Source of the DNA: Nanobdellota archaeon | GTDB taxonomy: Archaea; Nanobdellota; Nanobdellia; Pacearchaeales; GW2011-AR1 | Direction of reading: 5' to 3' | Assembly (NCBI GenBank): GCA_038045365.1 | Contig: JBBSYH010000016.1 | Coordinates: 6,883-30,882 of the forward strand | DNA: 24,000 bases | Shown here: piece after piece, positions 6,182 to 13,887 of the stretch | How positions within the stretch are numbered: position 1 is the stretch's first letter | How the letters are laid out: every line of letters starts with the position of its first letter | Translations under genes and position numbers: made by a program | The notes under the pieces: model-generated | The model's database searches: none | The model's input: the letters and a program-made list of their open reading frames with translations, nothing else | What the model was told of the DNA's origin: nothing

Positions 6182-8359
6182 CTAATTTTCCACAACAGCT
6201 TTTATCCTTCTAATTCCTGCAGATACGGATTCTTCTTTAATGATTTTGAAGTTTCCGATTTCTTTTGTGTTGCTGACATGAGGGCCTGTGCAGATTTCCT
6301 TGGAAAACCAACCGGATTTTTCTTTTTTATCTTCTATAGTGTAGACAGAAACAAGTTCAGGATATTTTGCACCGAATTCTGACTGCGCTCCTGAAGAAAG
6401 AGCATCTTGAAGAGGAATTTCTTCTCTAATTACGTTTAATCCAGAGGATATTTTTTCATTTACTAGAGATTCTACTTTTTTTATTTCTTCCGGAGTTAGT
6501 TTGCGTGGGAAATTGAAGTCAAATCTTAATCTTTCTGGAGTGATGTTAGAGCCTTTTTGCTTTATATCTTTGGAAAGAATTTTTCTGAGAACTTCGTTTA
6601 AAATATGGGTTGCAGTGTGTAAACAACGAGAAGTTTCTGATTCATCAGCTAAGCCAGATTTGAAAATTCCAGATGATGCTGTTCTGCTTAGGTCTTGATG
6701 GCGCCGGAATTCAGCATTATATTCTTCTAAATCAACTTTAATGCCTTTTTCGTCTGCAAGCTCTTCTGTTATTTCAATTGGAAAGCCATAGCTTTGAAAT
6801 AAAAGGAAAGCATCTTTGCCTGTAATTATACCCTTGTGTTCTTTTGCAATTTCATTGAATTTTTTGAGGCCTTTTTCTAATGTTAAATTAAAACGAAATT
6901 CTTCCTGAACTAATTCAGATTCTATGAATTTATAATTTCTATGCAATTCTTGGTAATCTGGATAGATAGAGAGAATAGCTTTTGCTATTTTTGATGTAAA
7001 GTTCTTTTTAATACCTAGAATTTTTCCATACCTGATTGCTCTTCTGATTAATCTTCTTAAAACATAACCTTGTCCTATATTAGATGATTTGATAGAGCGT
7101 TCATCTCCGAGAATGAAGACTGCTGCTTTAATATGGTCAGCTATGATGCGCATTGCTCTTGTTTCTTCTTTGTTTTTTTCATATTTTTTATTTGAAAGAG
7201 ATTCTATTTCTTTGATTATTGGTAAAAACAGAGATGTTTGATAATTATCTTGTAAGTTATTAAGAACTGCAAGTGTTCTTTCTACTCCCATGCCAGTGTC
7301 AACGTTTTTTTGCTTTAGCTGGAAAAATCCCAAGAGATTTTTTTCTACGAATTCCTTTATTGATTTTGTGTCTGTGTAATGTTTAGATAGAATATCTAAT
7401 CTTTGTGCAGTTTCAACGTTCTTTTTGTCATGGTCAAAATACATAACTTCTTCAGGTTTGAGGTTGAATTTCTTTAGTAGCTCTTTAAAATATTTTGGAT
7501 TATCTTTATTTATTTCATTTTCTTCTAATGAAAAAGCCTCCCAATTAGAATTCCTTCCTAGACTAGACTTTTTTACTAAATCTAGGCCTTTTTTTCTAAA
7601 CTTGTTTACAACTAATATATTGTGACTATTAAAGCTGTTGATTAAATTTAATAATTCTTGATTAAGATTAAAATCTTTATCATAAAGACAATGCATCCCA
7701 TCAACCAAGATTAATCTTTTATCTTTATTATATTCCATAAAAACATCATTCCAAATTTCTACCCAGTTTTCATCATCTGGATTGAATTTTTTTGGAGCTT
7801 TTGTTTTTCCTATCCAATAAAACATTTCTGTGTCAGGACCGCATGGACCATAAAGACCGGCAGGGCTCCACCAATTATTTTCTTTTGGTAGGAAAGAGAT
7901 ACTTTCTTTTGGAATACTGAGTTTCATCCAGGCTTTTGCTGATACCTCATCTTTGATAGCACTATTATCTCCTGCAAAACAAGAAACAACAAGCTTTTCT
8001 TTTGGTATTTTTAAGATTTTTGTGAGGAATTCAAAGCTCATTTTTATTGCTTCTTCTTTCCAATAATCTCCTAAACTCCAATTACCGAGCATTTCAAAGA
8101 ATGTGTGGTAAAAGGGATCGCCGACATTGTCGATGTCCTGCGTTCTAATGCATTTCTGGACAGAGACAAGGCGCTTTCCTAATGGGTGTTTTTGGCCTAA
8201 AAGGTAAGGGACAAGAGGATGCATGCCTGCGGTTGTAAAAAGGACAGTTGGGTCGTTTTCAGGGATTAGAGAAGAGGAAGGAATGTGCTTGTGATTCTTG
8301 CTTTTAAAGAAATCAATATATGCTTTGATGAGAGCTTGACGAGTTGTAATTTTCATCAT
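6182..8359 (-). CDS. alaS: Alanyl-tRNA synthetase, bacterial-type, with an internal HAD-like insertion, a minimal editing domain and no C-Ala domain
   Basis: DPTVLFTTAGM, HHTFFEMLGNWSLGDYWK, GPCGPDTEMFY, VEIWNDVFMEYN, VDTGMGVERT, ADHIKAA, GYVLRRLIRRA. Editing-site HxxxH (HTATH) and CxxxH (CTGPH) are present. I placed the start at the ATG at 8359 (MMKITT...) because TTTATTAA lies 21 nt upstream; the track's TTG at 8377 is less likely. Confidence 0.93.
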   Translation of the reverse strand: MMKITTRQALIKAYIDFFKSKNHKHIPSSSLIPENDPTVLFTTAGMHPLVPYLLGQKHPLGKRLVSVQKCIRTQDIDNVGDPFYHTFFEMLGNWSLGDYWKEEAIKMSFEFLTKILKIPKEKLVVSCFAGDNSAIKDEVSAKAWMKLSIPKESISFLPKENNWWSPAGLYGPCGPDTEMFYWIGKTKAPKKFNPDDENWVEIWNDVFMEYNKDKRLILVDGMHCLYDKDFNLNQELLNLINSFNSHNILVVNKFRKKGLDLVKKSSLGRNSNWEAFSLEENEINKDNPKYFKELLKKFNLKPEEVMYFDHDKKNVETAQRLDILSKHYTDTKSIKEFVEKNLLGFFQLKQKNVDTGMGVERTLAVLNNLQDNYQTSLFLPIIKEIESLSNKKYEKNKEETRAMRIIADHIKAAVFILGDERSIKSSNIGQGYVLRRLIRRAIRYGKILGIKKNFTSKIAKAILSIYPDYQELHRNYKFIESELVQEEFRFNLTLEKGLKKFNEIAKEHKGIITGKDAFLLFQSYGFPIEITEELADEKGIKVDLEEYNAEFRRHQDLSRTASSGIFKSGLADESETSRCLHTATHILNEVLRKILSKDIKQKGSNITPERLRFDFNFPRKLTPEEIKKVESLVNEKISSGLNVIREEIPLQDALSSGAQSEFGAKYPELVSVYTIEDKKEKSGWFSKEICTGPHVSNTKEIGNFKIIKEESVSAGIRRIKAVVEN

Positions 8360-8380
8360 TAAGATAAAGAAGAACAAGGG

Positions 8381-8388
8381 TTAATAAA
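8381..8388 (-). promoter_or_regulatory. TATA box (TTTATTAA) for alaS
   Basis: 21-nt spacing to the ATG at 8357-8359. Confidence 0.5.
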
Positions 8389-8408
8389 ATTAGTGTTATT
8401 TTATATAT

Positions 8409-8735
8409 TTAGCGGAGCATTGAAAGTTTTTTTCTTATTGATTCTATTTCGTCTTCAAGGTCCATTTTTTCTCTTGCCAGATATTTTTTTTCTGCAGATA
8501 TATTTTCTATATCATGAGAGGTTTTTGGCAGAAGTTTATCTAAAAGAGCAAGAGAATCTTGAAGAGATTCAATTTTGTTTTTGAGAAGTATTTTCATTGC
8601 CAGTTCATTTTTTCTTAGATTTTGGTATTCTTTGTATTTTTTAGTTATTTTTAACAAATCTATTGTAGATTCAAGTAGATTTTTTTGGCTGTAGATAATT
8701 TCTGCCTTACTAAGTTTTATGTGTTCAGATGTCAT
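8409..8735 (-). CDS. Hypothetical all-helical/coiled-coil protein (108 aa)
   Basis: Track ORF with heptad-like K/E/L-rich sequence. Its start overlaps the stop of the upstream ORF by 4 nt (ATGA), suggesting translational coupling. I recognised no family. Confidence 0.65.
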   Translation of the reverse strand: MTSEHIKLSKAEIIYSQKNLLESTIDLLKITKKYKEYQNLRKNELAMKILLKNKIESLQDSLALLDKLLPKTSHDIENISAEKKYLAREKMDLEDEIESIRKKLSMLR

Positions 8736-9298
8736 AATTTTTCAAAGATGTTATCATTTACATCTTTTATACGTGATTTTACAGAAACAATGCTTTTTTC
8801 CCATGAAGAAAGCTCCTGTTCTTCACGCAATTTTGTTTCTCTTATTTTTTTTAGAAGGTCGTCTATATCCTCTAATTGCGTTTTTATTTCATTAAGAGCT
8901 ATTTTTACGGAGCGATATTTGTCTATTTTTATATAAATTTCCTGAGATTTGGGATGCTGATAAGAAGGAGAAGGGACAAGATTTTTATTTGGCTCTTCAA
9001 TCTTACTTGGTTGAGGAAATGAGTCACTTATTTCAACTGTCTTGAAGGATTTTTTTATTTTTGGAATTTCTGTGTCTTCTACTTCGTTAATTTCTGGTGG
9101 TTCATCATTCGCAATTGCATTTTTTATAGCTGATTGTGAAAATCCTTGTTCCATAGGAGAATCTGGAAAAGACGGAAGCGCATGATTTTCTGGAGAATTA
9201 TGGTTTTCTTTTTTTGGAGGAGAGAGAGAATTGTTGAAGATAGGCTCTGCAGGCAAGTCTGGCAGATTCTTTTTTTCTTCTTTTTTATTCCAGAACAT
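8732..9298 (-). CDS. Hypothetical protein: Pro-rich, probably disordered N-terminal half plus a C-terminal coiled coil
   Basis: Track ORF. The N-terminus has LPDLP/LPSFP/PP motifs. The C-terminus reads IYIKIDKYRSVKIALNEIKTQLEDIDDLLKKIRETKLREEQELSSWEK. A TATA box lies 21 nt upstream. Confidence 0.7.
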   Translation of the reverse strand: MFWNKKEEKKNLPDLPAEPIFNNSLSPPKKENHNSPENHALPSFPDSPMEQGFSQSAIKNAIANDEPPEINEVEDTEIPKIKKSFKTVEISDSFPQPSKIEEPNKNLVPSPSYQHPKSQEIYIKIDKYRSVKIALNEIKTQLEDIDDLLKKIRETKLREEQELSSWEKSIVSVKSRIKDVNDNIFEKL

Positions 9299-9319
9299 GA
9301 CTGTAGATTTTTAAATTAA

Positions 9320-9327
9320 TTTATATA
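9320..9327 (-). promoter_or_regulatory. TATA box (TATATAAA) for the 9298..8409 two-gene unit
   Basis: 21-nt spacing to the ATG at 9296-9298. It is divergent from the tfe promoter. Confidence 0.5.
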
Positions 9328-9368
9328 GCTTTATATTAATTATAGAATAGTAACAAGCAATTAGAAAA

Positions 9369-9376
9369 GTTTTTAA
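9369..9376 (+). promoter_or_regulatory. TATA-like box (GTTTTTAA) for tfe
   Basis: 21 nt upstream of the ATG at 9398. Confidence 0.45.
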
Positions 9377-9397
9377 TTCAATTGTTTTAGAAAATAT

Positions 9398-10147
9398 ATG
9401 CGTATTGAACTTCTAAAGTATATAGCTTCGATGTTGATAGGAGAAAGAGCAAAGAATATGGTAGACTTACTTTTTGGAAAGAAAAAGGTAAATGAATTTT
9501 TAATTGCAAAAAAACTTAATCTGACTATTAATCAGACACGGAACCTTCTTTACAAACTTGCAGATGAGGACTTTGTTAATTTTGTAAGAAAAAAGGACAG
9601 CAAAAAAGGAGGGTGGTATGTTTATTACTGGACACTAAATGAGGATAAAAGCCTCTTCAAGTTTAAAGATATAATAAAAAGAGAAATTGAAAATATGAAG
9701 AATCAATTAAATATTAAAAAGACAGAAAAATTTTATCATTGCCTGAATTGCGGAATTGAACTTAATGAAGAACACGCATTAATCCAGGAGTATACCTGTT
9801 TGGAATGTGGAGAGATAATGCAAATGAAAGACAACTCAAAAGAATTGATTAGTCTTGAAAAAGAAATTATGAAGAATGAAAAAATGCTTGAAGATGTAGA
9901 AGCAGAACTTGAAATTATAAGACAAAAAGTGGAAAAGGATAAGATAAGGAAGATGAAAGCAGATGAAAAGAGAAAAGCACAAGAAAAAGCAGCTAAAAAG
10001 AGAATGAGGAAAAGAGAAATGAAGAAAGCCAAAAATAAAGAAAGAGCAGATAAAAGGACAAATAAAAAAGCCAGGAAAGTTAAAAAGAAGAAGAAAATGA
10101 GGAAAAGAAAAATGAAGAAAGCCAAAAATAAAAAAAGGAAAAGATAA
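9398..10147 (+). CDS. tfe: Transcription factor E (TFE-alpha/TFIIE-alpha homologue) with a ~85-aa K/R-rich C-terminal extension
   Basis: Winged helix (VNEFLIAKKLNLTINQTRNLLYKLADEDFVNFVRKKDSKKGGWYVYYWTL) plus a zinc ribbon (CLNCG...CLECG). The tail after about residue 165 is almost pure K/R/E/A/M. Confidence 0.88.
   Translation: MRIELLKYIASMLIGERAKNMVDLLFGKKKVNEFLIAKKLNLTINQTRNLLYKLADEDFVNFVRKKDSKKGGWYVYYWTLNEDKSLFKFKDIIKREIENMKNQLNIKKTEKFYHCLNCGIELNEEHALIQEYTCLECGEIMQMKDNSKELISLEKEIMKNEKMLEDVEAELEIIRQKVEKDKIRKMKADEKRKAQEKAAKKRMRKREMKKAKNKERADKRTNKKARKVKKKKKMRKRKMKKAKNKKRKR
10004..10132 (+). repeat. Two in-frame 36-nt direct repeats (10004-10039 and 10097-10132, 1 mismatch) inside the tfe tail
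   Basis: atgaggaaaagaGaaatgaagaaagccaaaaataaa versus atgaggaaaagaAaaatgaagaaagccaaaaataaa, encoding MRKREMKKAKNK and MRKRKMKKAKNK, 93 nt apart. Confidence 0.9.
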
Positions 10148-10837
10148 ATGCAGGAAAGATTTTTTGAAAAAAGGGAAAGTCTAATTGAAAGATTATCTGC
10201 TACTAATTGGATTATTTTGATTAGTGTAATTGCCTATATATTATTCATTTTAGCGTATTATGCCAATCAGAATTCTATCAGCTATTTTGCTTTAAAACCT
10301 AAAAACATTTTAGAAGGGAATTATATATGGACACTTGTTACTCATATTTTTGTCCATGGGAGCTTTTTTCACCTTTTTATAAATATGTTTGCATTGTTTT
10401 CGTTAGGAGGCCTGTGTGAAAAAATAATAGGGAAAAAAAGATATATTTTGTTTTATTTATGTGCAGGAATTTTTGCAGGGATTTTGTCAGTTGTGATGGC
10501 AGGTTATTTTGGACACGGTTTTTGGGAAAGAGTATTTGGCTCTCCGAATGTTGAGATGGTTGGAGCTTCAGGAGCAATTTTTGGAATAGCAGGGCTTTTC
10601 ATGCTACTTCTTCCAAAAATAAAATTTCAAATAATATTTCTGCCTTTTTTTTCACTTCCAGCTTATATAATGGTTCCTTTGGTATTGGCACTAACATGGA
10701 TAGTTGCCCTTGCTGCAAATCTGCCTATCGGGAATGTCGCACATTTTGGAGGGTTTATGGCTGGAATGGCATACGGATATTATTTAAGGATCAAATACAA
10801 GAGAAAAGTAATGATGCTTGAGAGGTATTTTAAATGA
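10148..10837 (+). CDS. Rhomboid-family intramembrane serine protease
   Basis: HIFVHGSFFHLFINMFAL, catalytic GASGAIFG and AHFGGFMAG, in a polytopic protein. The ATG directly abuts the tfe stop codon. Confidence 0.88.
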   Translation: MQERFFEKRESLIERLSATNWIILISVIAYILFILAYYANQNSISYFALKPKNILEGNYIWTLVTHIFVHGSFFHLFINMFALFSLGGLCEKIIGKKRYILFYLCAGIFAGILSVVMAGYFGHGFWERVFGSPNVEMVGASGAIFGIAGLFMLLLPKIKFQIIFLPFFSLPAYIMVPLVLALTWIVALAANLPIGNVAHFGGFMAGMAYGYYLRIKYKRKVMMLERYFK

Positions 10838-11412
10838 CTAAGGAAAATAAAATAAGGAAGTACTATAGCGAGGCTTTTACATATATAAAAAATAGCAGAT
10901 ATTATATTTATATATCGACGCTAATATTTATTTTTTCTGCTATTTTTGCTTTTCTTTATCCGGATGTTTTCTCTATTTTTGATGAAGAGTTAAGAAAGCT
11001 TGTAGATAAGACTAGAGATATGAGTGTACCAGGACTTATTGCTTTCATTTTTTTTAATAATTTAAAAATATCATTTATAGCGATAGTATCCGGCATTTTA
11101 TTCGGAATAATTCCAATAATTATGGTTTTAGCAAATGGAGCTGTTTTAGGGTATGTGTTTGCACGGATTTATGAATTGACCGGAGTTGGAGAGTTTTGGA
11201 GGATTCTTCCACATGGTATATTTGAACTACCCGCTGTTTTCATCTCTATAGGGTTAGGGATAAAATTAGGAATGTTTATTTTTTCTGAGAATTTGTTTAA
11301 AGATATCAAGAGAAGATTCTTATTGTCAATGAAAGTTTTCTTATTTGTTATTTTGCCCCTTCTTATTATTGCTTCACTTATAGAAGGGATGTTCATATTT
11401 TTTTATAAATAA
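10834..11412 (+). CDS. SpoIIM-like (DUF95-type) integral membrane protein
   Basis: FFNNLKISFIAIVSGILFGIIPIIMVLANGAVLGY ... ILPHGIFELPAVFISIGLGIKLG matches the stage II sporulation protein M family pattern. It has an ATGA overlap with the rhomboid gene. Confidence 0.75.
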   Translation: MTKENKIRKYYSEAFTYIKNSRYYIYISTLIFIFSAIFAFLYPDVFSIFDEELRKLVDKTRDMSVPGLIAFIFFNNLKISFIAIVSGILFGIIPIIMVLANGAVLGYVFARIYELTGVGEFWRILPHGIFELPAVFISIGLGIKLGMFIFSENLFKDIKRRFLLSMKVFLFVILPLLIIASLIEGMFIFFYK

Positions 11413-11443
11413 GTTTAAAACTTGTGAGTTTTTATAATAGAGA

Positions 11444-11974
11444 ATGGATATAAGCAAGAAAAGCGCAGATGAAATTGACGAAGCAATAGAGGAAGAGAGT
11501 ACCAAAAAGGTTGAAGCAACACTTTTTGTTTCTGGGAAATTTTTGACTATTCAGGAGCTTGTAGCATTGACTGATGTAAACCCAATACTTCTTAAAAAGA
11601 TCCTGGGAGATTTAAGCGAAAAATACAGAAATTCAGGAATTGAAATAGTGAATCAAAATAATTTATGGAAAATGGATGTAGTTCAAGAGTATACCTGGAT
11701 AGTTAATAGACTTGCAACAGGAAACGCAGAATTCAGTAAAGCTGAGCAGGAAACATTGGCAATTTTAGCTTATAAACAACCAATGAAACAGAGCGTGCTT
11801 GTGAAGATAAGAGGAAACAAGGCATATGAGCATATTCTAAAGTTTGTGGAGATGGGTCTTGTAAACAAGAAACGCATAGGGCATACTGCTGAATTAACAT
11901 TAACTGAGGAGTTTCACGAGTACTTTCACTTCAATACATTGGAGAGTAATAAATCAGAGACAGGAGCTCCCTAA
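11444..11974 (+). CDS. scpB: Segregation and condensation protein B (ScpB)
   Basis: VEATLFVSGKFLTIQEL ... SKAEQETLAILAYKQPMKQSVLVKIRGNKAYEHILKFVEMGLV is the typical tandem-wH ScpB signature. Confidence 0.85.
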   Translation: MDISKKSADEIDEAIEEESTKKVEATLFVSGKFLTIQELVALTDVNPILLKKILGDLSEKYRNSGIEIVNQNNLWKMDVVQEYTWIVNRLATGNAEFSKAEQETLAILAYKQPMKQSVLVKIRGNKAYEHILKFVEMGLVNKKRIGHTAELTLTEEFHEYFHFNTLESNKSETGAP

Positions 11975-11978
11975 GACT

Positions 11979-13247
11979 ATGGAGCTCTATGATTTTTTAG
12001 TGTATGCTCTTGCATTCATCGGATTTTTTGCAACATCTTACTATGCTATTAGTTTGTTTACTTATTATAAAAAGAAGCCTCTTGATAGAGAGAGTACAGA
12101 AAGAAATGTGAGTATTATAATTCCTGCATACAACGAGGAGAAAAGTATTGCAAGGACTATTAACTCTGCGCTGCAGCTTGATTATCCAAAAAATAAACTT
12201 GAGATTATTGTTGTAGATGACGGCAGCAAAGATAAGACATACGAGATTGCCCGGCGTTTTATGTTAAAGAAGTACTCTAAAGTACTTGTGTTCACGAAGC
12301 CTAACGGTGGAAAAGGTTCTGCTCTTAATTTAGGTATTAAGCACGCGAGCGGGGATATTATTGTTTCAATGGATGCAGATAGTTTTGTGCAGACAGATGC
12401 TCTTAAGAAGATGATTGCTTTCTTTGATAATCCAAAAGTAATGGCAGTAACACCTTCTATGGGAGTATTTAAGCCGCGCGGCATTTTGCAGCGTATTCAG
12501 CACATTGAATATTATATGGGCGTATTTTTGCGCAAAAGTTTTGCAACTATGAATGCTATTCACATTACTCCCGGGGCATTTTCTGCATATCGTAAAAGCT
12601 TTTTTAAGAAACATGGAGGTTATGACGAGAAAAATATCACAGAAGATTTAGAGATAGCCTTGCGCATCCAGCATAAGCATTATATTATTGAGAATTCGCC
12701 TAAATCAGTAGTCTATACTATTGCGCCGCGTACTTTTCGGGCTTTAATGGTGCAGAGAAGGAGATGGTATATAGGACTTATTCATAATTTATGGCAATAT
12801 AGAAATCTTTTTGGTTTTAAGAGAGGACCTTTAGGAGCGTTGGTTTTACCTGTTGCAGTTTCAACTATTGTTTTAGCAGTGATAGTTACTATCTATTTGG
12901 TTATACGTACTTTGTTTGATGTGCGTGATGATTTATTATCGCTTCAGGCAATTAATTTTCGTTTTAATGATGCTTTTGAGCTTAATTTTTATCTTATTAA
13001 GCAGTTTTTTTATCAGTTATTCAGCTCACCGGTGTTTCTTATTGGCTTTGTCTTTGTATTTTTGCTTGCTTTTTATATGTACTTCTCGCGGAAACAGATG
13101 AAGTACAGCGAGGGTATCGCATTTGATTTTATATTTTTTGTTACCCTATATGGATTTTTATATTCATTCTGGTGGATTGTTTCTTTTTTATATTATTTAT
13201 TTAAGCGTAAAGTAGTATGGCGGGAGGAGAAACATGGAAGACATTAA
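11979..13247 (+). CDS. Processive family-2 glycosyltransferase (IcaA/NodC/HasA/chitin-synthase-like membrane synthase)
   Basis: VSIIIPAYNEE, VVDDGSKD, SMDADS (DxD), TEDLE and QRRRW (QxxRW). There is one N-terminal TM helix and several C-terminal ones, and at about 420 aa it is the size of IcaA/HasA-type synthases. Confidence 0.88.
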   Translation: MELYDFLVYALAFIGFFATSYYAISLFTYYKKKPLDRESTERNVSIIIPAYNEEKSIARTINSALQLDYPKNKLEIIVVDDGSKDKTYEIARRFMLKKYSKVLVFTKPNGGKGSALNLGIKHASGDIIVSMDADSFVQTDALKKMIAFFDNPKVMAVTPSMGVFKPRGILQRIQHIEYYMGVFLRKSFATMNAIHITPGAFSAYRKSFFKKHGGYDEKNITEDLEIALRIQHKHYIIENSPKSVVYTIAPRTFRALMVQRRRWYIGLIHNLWQYRNLFGFKRGPLGALVLPVAVSTIVLAVIVTIYLVIRTLFDVRDDLLSLQAINFRFNDAFELNFYLIKQFFYQLFSSPVFLIGFVFVFLLAFYMYFSRKQMKYSEGIAFDFIFFVTLYGFLYSFWWIVSFLYYLFKRKVVWREEKHGRH

Positions 13248-13887
13248 ACAAGCTGCCGGACAGAGTGTTCCTATAAGCAGGTATCTCTTAGCTTTAGTGA
13301 TGGCAACAGCACTTTTTGTCGCAGTATTCCTGGCAGTTTATTCTATATCATATCTAAATTATGAAGAAACTGTGGCAGAGCAGAACATTATCAGGACATA
13401 TATCAGTGATTTTGATAGTTTACTTATACTACAGAAAAGCTGCGATGTTTCTGTATTGGTGCAAGCATCTGAGAAGCTTGATCGTGTTGGATGGAGGCTG
13501 AGCTTACTTGAAACTCGCTTTGGGAAGAACGACGCCCGCGTGCTAGAGCAAAAGAGTTCGTATAATGAACTGGAAGTGCGTCATTTAGAGCTAGTAAAGC
13601 TTTTCCAGCAGCAGTGTAAAATACCATTTGTACCTATCTTGTTCTTTTATTCGAATAAAGAAGAGCACAAAGATGAAAGTGAGCGTGTTGGTTTTGTGTT
13701 GAGTACTTTAAAGCGAAAGTCGCCCGAAAAAGTTATGATATATTCATTTGATTATAATCTCAAGAGCGAATTGATAAGAGAGTTAAAAGAGAAGTATAGA
13801 GTAAAGGAAGCACCCATAGTGCTTGTGAATGAGAGTTATTTTGCTAAAGTAAGCAACATAGATGAGTTATTGCCATATATTTCATAG
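13234..13887 (+). CDS. Single-pass membrane protein with a CxxC-less thioredoxin/glutaredoxin-like C-terminal domain; putative partner of the GT2 synthase
   Basis: TM helix YLLALVMATALFVAVFLAVYSI. The C-terminus PILFFYSNKEE...VMIYSFDYN...KEKYRVKEAPIVLVNESYF...IDELLPYI follows Grx-like beta-alpha-beta topology without an active-site Cys pair. The gene overlaps the GT2 gene by 14 nt. Confidence 0.7.
   Translation: MEDIKQAAGQSVPISRYLLALVMATALFVAVFLAVYSISYLNYEETVAEQNIIRTYISDFDSLLILQKSCDVSVLVQASEKLDRVGWRLSLLETRFGKNDARVLEQKSSYNELEVRHLELVKLFQQQCKIPFVPILFFYSNKEEHKDESERVGFVLSTLKRKSPEKVMIYSFDYNLKSELIRELKEKYRVKEAPIVLVNESYFAKVSNIDELLPYIS

Noticed and set aside
7334-7717. The AlaRS insertion considered as an intein or mobile element
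   Set aside because: There is no Cys/Ser/Thr at the N-terminal junction, no terminal His-Asn followed by a Cys/Ser/Thr, and no homing-endonuclease-like blocks. Composition is host-like, and the sequence reads as a HAD-like fold instead.
9736-10125. The 129-aa F/L-rich minus-strand ORF
   Set aside because: It is a mirror image of the K/R/E-rich tfe tail, since AAA/AAG/GAA codons read antisense give TTT/CTT/TTC. It is a low-complexity artefact.
13862-13887. The 26-nt overlap read as a sequencing frameshift that splits a single gene
   Set aside because: The second ORF is a paralogue of the C-terminal half of the first, so this is a duplicate and not a continuation. Both ORFs look complete.
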